Source: a virus
Lineage: Duplodnaviria > Caudoviricetes
IMG/VR virus record: IMGVR_UViG_3300050015_000990
Location: 1,912-65,911 of that record
DNA: 64,000 nucleotides
Direction: 5' to 3' (one strand)
The translations under genes were made by a program, and so were the position numbers. This document shows, one piece after another, positions 20,429-28,170 of the stretch. How positions within the stretch are numbered: position 1 is the stretch's first letter; each line of letters starts with the position of its first letter. The notes below the pieces were generated by a model. That model worked only from the letters and a program-made list of their open reading frames with translations. It had not been told where the DNA came from and made no database searches.

Positions 20429-20431
20429 ATC

Positions 20432-20932
20432 TTATTTTATACCATGTTTTTTCTTATACATTCCATTAAGAGGCCCAGCAACTAAACTTCCGTTATTTTT
20501 CATTCCATTATTTTGACTCCTTTTTTGTCTTGTCTCTAAAGAATGAATCATTCCAAGATTTTTTGATTGGCCCATTTCACTTTTACTAATTTTTATTTTG
20601 GATTCTGCTGAATGAAATTTTCCCTTCATTGGGGATCTTCGGCCTTTTGGGGAACCCCCCTTACCTCCAGGATTTATATTATAGCAAAGTGGATTTTTCA
20701 ATATTTCTTTAGTAATAAATTTAAATTCGAATTCTAATGCTTTCTTAAAATCTTCAAGTTCATGCAAAATTTCTTTTTTAAAATTTTCTCTTCCATATTT
20801 TTTAATAGCTCTTAGAATCATTTTTCCCGAGCCAAGATATTTATCATTTAAACTATTTGACGCATGAACTCCATAATAAAATTTTTCATTTATTAAATTG
20901 GTGGTTTTATAAAAATAGTTAAATTTTTTCAT
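20432..20932 (-). CDS. GIY-YIG (Seg-like) homing endonuclease
   Basis: 'YFYKTTNLINEKFYYGVH..YLGSG', 'CYNINPGGKGG' and NUMOD3 'HSAESKIKIS'. Start taken at MKKFNY. Confidence 0.88.
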   Translation of the reverse strand: MKKFNYFYKTTNLINEKFYYGVHASNSLNDKYLGSGKMILRAIKKYGRENFKKEILHELEDFKKALEFEFKFITKEILKNPLCYNINPGGKGGSPKGRRSPMKGKFHSAESKIKISKSEMGQSKNLGMIHSLETRQKRSQNNGMKNNGSLVAGPLNGMYKKKHGIK

Positions 20933-20933
20933 A

Positions 20934-20960
20934 AAAAAAGCTGGCACTTAGGCTGCCAGC
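20934..20960 (-). terminator. Intrinsic terminator of the tmRNA coding piece
   Basis: Minus strand GCTGGCA-GCCTAAG-TGCCAGC-TTTTTTT. Confidence 0.8.
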
Positions 20961-21200
20961 AAGTCTCCTGAGAAATAGTGCTTCTTAAGCAGCCATTTTC
21001 ATTTCTAAACTATTTTCGCCGTTTATTGCGTTTATTGGAATAATCATCATTTCCCTCAACGTGAAGTCAAAGCTAAGTCATCCCCAAAAAACCGTACTAA
21101 CGCGACGGATTAGCGAATCTTAAGGCAATTGTGGAGATGCTGGGTTCTGCCCCCAGGTGTTTCACGCCTACTCTATAATTAGCTCTTTCGAGCACTCCCA
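20934..21200 (-). ncRNA. ssrA: Circularly permuted (two-piece) tmRNA; tag peptide (A)GENSLEMKMAA*
   Basis: The acceptor piece (~21200-21132, ...CGTGAA-ACAC-CTGGG-GGCAGAA-CCCAG-CATCTCC-A) lies upstream of the 5' end GGGGATGACTTAGCTTTGAC-TTCACG at 21085. The 7-bp acceptor stem has G3:U70 and discriminator A. Tag ORF 21020-20985 follows ATAAAC and ends Ala-Ala-stop. Confidence 0.9.
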
Positions 21201-21230
21201 ATATCTTTTTCCTATTTTAACTTCTTTTTA

Positions 21231-21497
21231 TTATTTATTCTTCATCAAAGTAGTATCTTCAGGACTTACTGCTTTAGTTTTAGGTCCTTTTGAAATCATG
21301 TAAATAAGTACTCCAATAACTAAGAGATCAATCAAAAAACCTATTCCTCGAACAGAATTTTCATCTCCTCCATTAGCTCCAACTAGAAAACCAATTGAAA
21401 CCCCAGTAATTAATCCTATACCCATAGGAAGTAAAGATGACCATTTCCAGCCTTTTCTCCAAGCAAAAATAGTTAAAAGAATTTCAGCAATCCACAT
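21231..21497 (-). CDS. Small membrane protein
   Basis: Hydrophobic helices; preceded by a TATATTTG element. Confidence 0.65.
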   Translation of the reverse strand: MWIAEILLTIFAWRKGWKWSSLLPMGIGLITGVSIGFLVGANGGDENSVRGIGFLIDLLVIGVLIYMISKGPKTKAVSPEDTTLMKNK

Positions 21498-21517
21498 TTT
21501 TTAAAGAATTAGAAAGA

Positions 21518-21525
21518 CAAATATA
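21518..21525 (-). promoter_or_regulatory. Bacteroidota-type sigmaA -7 element TATATTTG
   Basis: Matches TAnnTTTG. The same GTATATTTGT context recurs at 55718-55725 and 61481-61488, each just upstream of a gene start. Confidence 0.55.
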
Positions 21526-21576
21526 CGAAATATACTTTAATTATATGTCTAGAGAATGTTAAGGTTTTGTTAAAAA

Positions 21577-22083
21577 TTATCTTAAATAAGAAAGAGTTAA
21601 ACTATCGAGATAGACTTTAATCTCATTTAATCTATCAAGTTCTTTTTGCTTAGCAATAATACGAGCTTTTAAGCTTAAACCAAAAAGTCTTTTAGCAAAC
21701 CATTTGATTATTTGATTAACATTTGTTGTTGGTTCAATAATAATATCTCCATCCGAATCTGCAATTGAAAAACCATAATAATTTTTCCAATTAGATTCTT
21801 CAGCCCATCCTTCTTCTTCAGCAGCTTTTTTTGAAACATAAGAAAGCTGAACACCAGCAATATCTTCTTCATCATCTTTATCCATAATATTTTCAAATTC
21901 AAAATCAAATACTGGTCCAGCATAATGCTCATCTTGATGAGCTTTAGCTACTATACCAATCTTTTTCAATCCTGCAATAACATCCTGGATATGTTTTTTA
22001 TAAGTAAGCCCAATATCCATAGCTTCCTTAGGATCTAATCCTCGTTCAAAATTTTGAACTTCATTAATAGTTTTAGCTTTCAT
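21577..22083 (-). CDS. FERG-tag family protein
   Basis: MKAKTINEVQNFERGLDPKEAMDIG; start reassigned to 22083. Confidence 0.85.
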   Translation of the reverse strand: MKAKTINEVQNFERGLDPKEAMDIGLTYKKHIQDVIAGLKKIGIVAKAHQDEHYAGPVFDFEFENIMDKDDEEDIAGVQLSYVSKKAAEEEGWAEESNWKNYYGFSIADSDGDIIIEPTTNVNQIIKWFAKRLFGLSLKARIIAKQKELDRLNEIKVYLDSLTLSYLR

Positions 22084-22465
22084 TTCTTTGAAATATTTTA
22101 AATCTATTTTCCATTTGCATTCTTGTTCCATACATTCTTTTCTGCGGTAATATATCTAGTGATTCATTTCTTCTTTTTAAAGCTTCCGGTAAATTCCAGC
22201 ATTTAAAATATTCTAAATGTATAATATGTTTAACTTCTTGAGGGTCATAAAATTTTTGAACCTTTAATATTAGAACAATCATATCTGGCCAAATAATATC
22301 CTGGGAACTTCTACCAGCAACACTGCTAACAAATGCACCTTTGCCATCGATATTAACTTCTTTTTTGGGTAAAAGAATATCTCCAATTTTAATATTATCC
22401 CAGGTTCTTAATCCGATATCCATAGCTTCTTTAGGATCTTGTCCTCTTATGAATTGTGCTCTCAT
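22073..22465 (-). CDS. FERG-tag family protein (short FIRG variant)
   Basis: MRAQFIRGQDPKEAMDIG followed by a 'TWDNIKIGDIL' cargo. Confidence 0.85.
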   Translation of the reverse strand: MRAQFIRGQDPKEAMDIGLRTWDNIKIGDILLPKKEVNIDGKGAFVSSVAGRSSQDIIWPDMIVLILKVQKFYDPQEVKHIIHLEYFKCWNLPEALKRRNESLDILPQKRMYGTRMQMENRFKIFQRNES

Positions 22466-23280
22466 AATACTTTAAAATATTTTGACCAAGTATCTATTGG
22501 AGCTGTTCCCTTTACAGGAGAATATAGGGATGAGAATTTATTGATGTTGATACTTATAGCTTCCTTTTTTGTTTCAAAGGGAATAATAGTAATTCGAAGT
22601 CCTACTTCTTGAAGATCCACAATTGTTTTTATAACTCCTATATTGCCAGGATCAAAAGAATAATCACTATCCCCTAAATATTGTCCGTTAATATAATCTT
22701 TAAAAGTAAGAAAATCCTGATTACTTTTTTCTTCTACAACAGTTCTTCTTATACATTCAATCATATCTCCAACTTTAATACGAGTCCACTTATTTCCAAT
22801 ATCCATGGAAATTTTAGGATCCTGTCCTCTCTCAAAATTTTGAGTTTCCTGGACTTTATTGTATTCTTTTGGCTGAATAATTTTAAAATAATCATCCCAC
22901 TCTTCAATAGAATGATCGACTGTATATGATGGTGGAAGATTTTTAGATGCAAGATCGCCAATAGGCTGTTTAATTCTTTCAGCCATAGAAAGAGCATGAC
23001 GAAAAATCCCTGCCCAAACCAATTCAATTTCTAAGCTAGAAGTTCTATCCAATTCATTGCTCGAACGAATGGATTTAATAATCCAATATTTTTCGGGGCT
23101 TATTCTATCTAAAAAAGTATCATTTGAAACAAATGAAATTTTATTAATATGAAGATATACAGTTTTTTTATTCTGAAGTATATCCCCAGGCTTTAGCTTA
23201 TCCCATGTTAAAATACCGATATTTAATCGTTTAAGAGGAGAACCCTCCCTTTCAAAATCCAATGACTCTCTTACTATCAT
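22462..23280 (-). CDS. FERG-tag two-module protein
   Basis: MIVRESLDFEREGSPLKRLNIG and internal VQETQNFERGQDPKISMDIG. Both cargos start W-x-x-I/L-K-x-G-D. Confidence 0.85.
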   Translation of the reverse strand: MIVRESLDFEREGSPLKRLNIGILTWDKLKPGDILQNKKTVYLHINKISFVSNDTFLDRISPEKYWIIKSIRSSNELDRTSSLEIELVWAGIFRHALSMAERIKQPIGDLASKNLPPSYTVDHSIEEWDDYFKIIQPKEYNKVQETQNFERGQDPKISMDIGNKWTRIKVGDMIECIRRTVVEEKSNQDFLTFKDYINGQYLGDSDYSFDPGNIGVIKTIVDLQEVGLRITIIPFETKKEAISININKFSSLYSPVKGTAPIDTWSKYFKVL

Positions 23281-23283
23281 AAC

Positions 23284-23323
23284 AAAAAATTCCAGTATAG
23301 AATATCTATCTGGAATTTTTTTT
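23284..23323 (-). terminator. Intrinsic terminator
   Basis: AAAAAATTCCAG...CTGGAATTTTTT inverted repeat with T runs. Confidence 0.65.
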
Positions 23324-23346
23324 ACTAGTTTTTTATTAGTTTAATA

Positions 23347-23748
23347 CTAAGCCTTTGCTTTTAATACTAAGGTAACTGGAACTACTCCTTTTCTTTTTGC
23401 AATCCAAGCTAGAATAACCCCAACTGCTAAATCAATAGCTCCCCTGAAAATAAGACCTTCTGATGTCTCATCTAATCCAGGAATATCTACTAAGCTGTTA
23501 ATTAAATTAGCTGATAATGTTTTAACTAATTCAATATCTTCAGCAAAAGCAGCATCTACGATACCAGCTAATTGAATCTTGACGTCTTCTTTTAGCTTAT
23601 CAACAACTTTATCGTCTAAAAGTGTGATAAGGACTTTTGCAAGATATCCATCAACAAGCTCTAGAATAACATTTTTAAATACAAGAACATCATCAGCCAT
23701 TTGAGATAATTTTTGTTCTTGATCCTTTGTTAAAATTCCACTTTCCAT
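23347..23748 (-). CDS. Hypothetical helical protein
   Basis: 133-aa ORF with an AT-rich leader. Confidence 0.6.
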   Translation of the reverse strand: MESGILTKDQEQKLSQMADDVLVFKNVILELVDGYLAKVLITLLDDKVVDKLKEDVKIQLAGIVDAAFAEDIELVKTLSANLINSLVDIPGLDETSEGLIFRGAIDLAVGVILAWIAKRKGVVPVTLVLKAKA

Positions 23749-23928
23749 AATTATTTTTATTTTAGTTTATAGTTTATAGTTTATATATTCATTAAATTAT
23801 TTGTTTTTCTTTCTTATCCTACAAATAATTAAGACGAACACGATACTAGTCACTATTAATATAATCGGCCATAGTAAATGCCATAGATCCAATAATACTC
23901 CTGTTTTCATTTGATTTTTATATTAAAT

Positions 23929-25761
23929 TTATATTCCTAATTCTTCACCACCTCCAGCACCGGCTTCAGCTCCAGCTGCTCCAGCTTCCCCAGCTCCTGC
24001 TTCCCCGCCTAATCCTAAATCTTCTCCTCCAGTTTCACCCCCTAAATCAGCTTCTCCGCCTCCGAATAATCCTCCGCCTCCGCCAAGTCCCCCAGCATCC
24101 CCACCTCCTCCGAGTCCTCCTTCACCACCAGCTCCACCAGCTTGTCCAAGACCCATTCTTTGATAAGCACGAAGAAGTTTTTTAATTTCTTCTAATCTTT
24201 CATTTTTATATTTGGTGTTAAGCTTCATATCAATTTCTGAAAATTCCATAAATTTCTCAACTAAGAATTTTGGATCAAAGAAATTTGCTTCGCCAGGAGT
24301 TCCATCAGGATTAACTGTAGGTTCTTTAACCCCCATAAGAGTAGTAACTGTAGTTGCTCCTTTTTCTGCAATACTCCTTTCCTTCATCATTTTAAAGAAG
24401 TTTTCTTCGATGAATTTAAGGCCAACAGAAGCTTTTAGAGTTTCATCTTCTTTAAACTCAGGATGCATTAAAAGAAATTGGATCCAAAGAGGTTTAAGAA
24501 GTATTTCTTGGAATATAGAACGAATACGAGTAATAAAATTGCTAAATCTTAATTCTTCTCTTGCTATACCTTCACTTCCGGATCCCCATTGTGCTTGTGG
24601 TCCCTGTGTTGAATCCCCACCAAATCTAGAAGAAGGAACTTTTGTTTCGATGATAAATCTCTGCCAAAAATAGGAAAGGGATTTTGTATCCGATAGGTCA
24701 TATCCTTCTGTTTTGATTCCGTCAATTTCAGTTTGAGTTCCATCACGTGTAGGGATAATAAAAGTTTTAGCAAAATTAAATTGAGTACTTCCATTATAAG
24801 TTACTTCCCCAGAATGATCGTCAATATTAAGCTCTTCTTTGTACATACCTCTTAATTCTGAAAGTCTTGTACGAGCTTTAGCATCTGATTGAGTTCCAAT
24901 TGGGACAAGAATCTTAATTCTCATCTGAGCATTCCAAACGTTCCAAATAATACGTGAATTTTCTAAGGTTCTCATCATATTAAATGAACGAACTAATCTT
25001 TCAACGTAAGATAATCTAGAAATAAAGTTACCACGTGCCCAAGACATATAGATTAAGTTGGCATCAAGTAATTCTCTTTGTTTACGAGAATCTCCTCTAT
25101 ACTGAATCCAAACACGATATTCATGACCATCTTCTCCAATACGAACTTCTGGTTCAAGACTAATTGGATCAACTTCTTTAAGAGCTATAATATTCTTGGC
25201 ATCGTTTTCTTCTTCACCATCAAAAATAATTTCAAAGGCAAGAAATCCATCAATAAGGAATTTCTTAAAATAGTGCCAAGCATCATGGGATTGATTAAAT
25301 TTAGAAGCATAGTAAACTTTTCTAAATGCTTTATTTAAATCATCAACAAGCTCTTTAGCTTTTTCTTGTTTTAATACACTTTTTAAATTTTGAGTGTTAG
25401 GATAGGCAAAGTAATTATTTTCATCATAGATAATAGATTCATCTGCTATGATTTCAAGAATGTTTTCAATTTCCCCGTTCATGGCAAATTTACGTAAGAA
25501 ATCTCTTCTTGTAGGATATTCCTTATCGAAAAATGCAATAAATTCTTTTTGACCATAATCTGTACCAGCATAGTTACCCTGATAATAGAGGCCATACATG
25601 GAATCCAGCTGACTCTCGGCAATACCAACAGACTTAGATTGTTTTATAACTTTCTCATCCCATTTCATTCCTATGGAAGAAAGATTTCGGATATTTCTCT
25701 GTATATTTTTAATAAAGCCTAGTCGTCTTGCATCTAGGTTTCTCATGGTGAATCCAGCCAT
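23929..25761 (-). CDS. gp20: Portal protein (T4 gp20-like)
   Basis: 'EIENILEIIADESI', 'FLIDG', 'LSYVERL..FNMMRTLENS', 'VPSSRF', 'IAREELRFSNFITRIR..F'; Gly/Glu-rich tail. Confidence 0.9.
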   Translation of the reverse strand: MAGFTMRNLDARRLGFIKNIQRNIRNLSSIGMKWDEKVIKQSKSVGIAESQLDSMYGLYYQGNYAGTDYGQKEFIAFFDKEYPTRRDFLRKFAMNGEIENILEIIADESIIYDENNYFAYPNTQNLKSVLKQEKAKELVDDLNKAFRKVYYASKFNQSHDAWHYFKKFLIDGFLAFEIIFDGEEENDAKNIIALKEVDPISLEPEVRIGEDGHEYRVWIQYRGDSRKQRELLDANLIYMSWARGNFISRLSYVERLVRSFNMMRTLENSRIIWNVWNAQMRIKILVPIGTQSDAKARTRLSELRGMYKEELNIDDHSGEVTYNGSTQFNFAKTFIIPTRDGTQTEIDGIKTEGYDLSDTKSLSYFWQRFIIETKVPSSRFGGDSTQGPQAQWGSGSEGIAREELRFSNFITRIRSIFQEILLKPLWIQFLLMHPEFKEDETLKASVGLKFIEENFFKMMKERSIAEKGATTVTTLMGVKEPTVNPDGTPGEANFFDPKFLVEKFMEFSEIDMKLNTKYKNERLEEIKKLLRAYQRMGLGQAGGAGGEGGLGGGGDAGGLGGGGGLFGGGEADLGGETGGEDLGLGGEAGAGEAGAAGAEAGAGGGEELGI

Positions 25762-25781
25762 TACTTCAGTATTTTATCTAT

Positions 25782-26459
25782 TTATCTTGCTCTATTATAT
25801 AATTTATAGATTTCTGCTTGATTAAGTTTTCGAAAAGCATCCTTAGGCTCATAGAAAGGAATAAATTTCCATTCACTATATTCCACCATTCTAAATCTAT
25901 TAACTTTTTGGATAAGGTATTTTCTATAAGCAAAATTAAAATTTGCTCCATTTTTTTGATTAAAAAGTTTTAACATAGTCTGTCCACCTCCAGATTTCAT
26001 TAAGCTAATAAATCTTTTATTAAAAGCTTCTTTGTTGTTCTCAGCTAAAATATCTGCTTCCTTTTCTAAAAAATCCTGAAATGTTTCATAAAAGGAACCT
26101 AGGAATTTTAGACGAGCATCCGGAGGTAAAAGATTTAAATTAATTCCAGAAAAATTTCCTATGTCATTATTCATGCAGAAGAGTAGAGGAACAAGATCGG
26201 TATATTCAAATCTCTTATTTTTTATTTCAACAATAACATTAGCTCCTTTATAAAGAAAAGTATAAATAAATCCAGGAACAGGGTAGCCCCCATTTCTTTT
26301 ACCTATTACGGTTTCCTGATCGGTAGAATCTATCTCAATAAGCTTATCTTCTCCTTTAAGATTTTGAATAATATATTTCTCAAACAAGGTAAAGTAGGCT
26401 TGATCCCCTATATTATTAACGTTCTTTAAAATTTTAAATTCATCGCGCGGATGTATCAT
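25782..26459 (-). CDS. gp2: DNA end protector protein (T4 gp2-like)
   Basis: 'PGFIYTFLY', 'PLLF', 'GINLNLLPPDAR', 'AYRKY'; adjacent to gp4. Start reassigned to MIHPR. Confidence 0.7.
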   Translation of the reverse strand: MIHPRDEFKILKNVNNIGDQAYFTLFEKYIIQNLKGEDKLIEIDSTDQETVIGKRNGGYPVPGFIYTFLYKGANVIVEIKNKRFEYTDLVPLLFCMNNDIGNFSGINLNLLPPDARLKFLGSFYETFQDFLEKEADILAENNKEAFNKRFISLMKSGGGQTMLKLFNQKNGANFNFAYRKYLIQKVNRFRMVEYSEWKFIPFYEPKDAFRKLNQAEIYKLYNRAR

Positions 26460-27072
26460 ATCTTCCTCCAATAATTCCAAATCTATGTAACTGATCTTCG
26501 GTAAAAATATAAAAGAAAGCTCCGTTTCTTTTTGCCCATTCTCCAATAGCTGCAAATTTAGCTTCGTTAATAAGATATTCTTTTACAGCATTATTATATC
26601 TTTTGATTACTCCAATAGGAGCATTTTTTTCTGGTTGTTTTGGTTTTCCAAGTTTATGCTGAGGTTTTATTTCTACAAACCATTTTTCAGTAATCCCATC
26701 CGCTTTTTTTACTGTCAGCCAAAAATCGGTATTATAAAATTTAGTAACCCAGTTTTTAGGATTATTAGGATCAAGATTAAGTTTTTTGCATTCTTCTAAT
26801 TTTGAAACTCGATCATAATAGGGGATTCTTACCGGTTCAGAACTCCATCTAAGAATTGATGGAGATGAATCACACCATCTGCAAAATGAGAGTTCCCATC
26901 CACTACGATAAATTATTAGATTCGGATTTCCCATATATTTTTCTGGGAATTGCAATTTATATTTCTCATGGAGATAACCTTGAAGAGTTTGTCCCTTCTT
27001 AAGATTACCCCTTTCATCAAAAGTATTCTTGATTGGAACGTGCCACAATTTATATTGTTCGTTATTAGACAT
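26440..27072 (-). CDS. gp4: Head completion nuclease (T4 gp4-like, TnsA-type PD-(D/E)XK)
   Basis: 'PEKYMGNPNLIIYRSGWE', 'WSSE', 'YNTDF', 'VEIKP', 'INEAKF', 'FYIFTE'. Confidence 0.88.
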   Translation of the reverse strand: MSNNEQYKLWHVPIKNTFDERGNLKKGQTLQGYLHEKYKLQFPEKYMGNPNLIIYRSGWELSFCRWCDSSPSILRWSSEPVRIPYYDRVSKLEECKKLNLDPNNPKNWVTKFYNTDFWLTVKKADGITEKWFVEIKPQHKLGKPKQPEKNAPIGVIKRYNNAVKEYLINEAKFAAIGEWAKRNGAFFYIFTEDQLHRFGIIGGRYDTSAR

Positions 27073-27078
27073 TTAGAT

Positions 27079-27426
27079 TTAAATAGAATAAATTTTATTT
27101 TGAGAAATGGATACCTTTTTGCTCTTTGGCATATTTCCATAGAGTTTTCGCCATCCTTTAGCAAATCCATTTTTAATTATTTGTGTAATATAGGCGAAAG
27201 CATTAGCACTTTTTTCTGGATTGTATCCTCTCCAATATTGATAGCAATCCATAATTGCAAAAGAAATACAATCCTCCTTATCTTCTACATAAATATATTT
27301 AAATTTTGTGCTGAATTTATGAGCCATTAAAATAAACATGTCAAGTGCTATTGGAGTTAATTTATCGGCTGCTTTAGATTTGATAAGTTCTTCTCTCAAA
27401 TCCCTATTTTTCACATGCTGAGGCAT
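27079..27426 (-). CDS. gp55: Late transcription sigma factor (T4 gp55-like)
   Basis: 'VKNRDL', 'DKEDCISFAIMDCYQYWRGYNPEKSANAFAYITQIIKNGF'. Confidence 0.85.
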   Translation of the reverse strand: MPQHVKNRDLREELIKSKAADKLTPIALDMFILMAHKFSTKFKYIYVEDKEDCISFAIMDCYQYWRGYNPEKSANAFAYITQIIKNGFAKGWRKLYGNMPKSKKVSISQNKIYSI

Positions 27427-27462
27427 AATTCAAAGAAATTTTAATGAAATTTTATACAGTAT

Positions 27463-27490
27463 TTATACAAAAAAAAGTACAACGAGTTTT
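27463..27490 (-). promoter_or_regulatory. Candidate phage middle promoter AAAACT-N17-TATAA, overlapping a terminator hairpin
   Basis: One of 7 copies of the motif; hairpin AAGTACAAC..GTTGTACTT. Confidence 0.6.
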
Positions 27491-27533
27491 GTTGTACTTC
27501 TAAGATATTAGATAAAATTATTTATTTTTTAAA

Positions 27534-28145
27534 TTAGATGGATAAAGTTCTTATTTGTCCTTTAGCTAAAGTTCCAAAGACTGGAGTATCGCTATCTATT
27601 CCTCTTATAATTCTAACGGGATCTGCATCTCCAATAATAGATGTATAATCTCCAGCATGAATCATAATATTGGCTGTAGCTTCTCCTGTTTGAGTATCTA
27701 CTTCAACCCCCTCAACATAATCTTGGGGATTAGCAAAATTCTGAGGATCTTCCAAAACCTGAACCTGATCCCTAGGAACTATATTTAAAGCTCCTTCTAT
27801 AAGAATATTTACATTTGTTCCTGGAGTAGATTTTAAATAATCAGAATATCGTATATAGCATCCATTAGTTCTTATAGGAACTGCTTTATAAAAAATCCCA
27901 CATTTAACATATTGTTCAAAAAGAAGTTTCTGAGTTTTTTCATTAAAATTCATAAGAAGAGCTTTGGTGTTCGGAGTATTCTGAGCAAGACCTCTTAAAA
28001 CTTTTAACTCTTTGTCCTTAGCAAACCTAGTTGATCCCTGAATTTGAACAATCCATTGACCATCTGAAGTTTGACCAATAAGAAATCCTCTCTCTTTTCC
28101 GAGAAGAACCTTATCACCTATTTGGGCTTCGTTTAGTTTTGCCAT
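27534..28145 (-). CDS. Hypothetical protein, probably head-associated
   Basis: Starts MAKLNEA (LxE protease-like leader); follows the acidic core-like gene. Confidence 0.55.
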   Translation of the reverse strand: MAKLNEAQIGDKVLLGKERGFLIGQTSDGQWIVQIQGSTRFAKDKELKVLRGLAQNTPNTKALLMNFNEKTQKLLFEQYVKCGIFYKAVPIRTNGCYIRYSDYLKSTPGTNVNILIEGALNIVPRDQVQVLEDPQNFANPQDYVEGVEVDTQTGEATANIMIHAGDYTSIIGDADPVRIIRGIDSDTPVFGTLAKGQIRTLSI

Positions 28146-28170
28146 GTTTGTATTTTATGCTTAATTTTAT

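Noticed and set aside
23930-24150. GC-rich island
   Set aside because: Explained by Gly/Ala/Glu codons of the portal's C-terminal tail.
26440-27072. TnsA-like transposase (Tn7 element)
   Set aside because: It lies next to gp2, the portal and gp55, which fits T4 gp4 head completion nuclease. No tnsB or tnsC is present.
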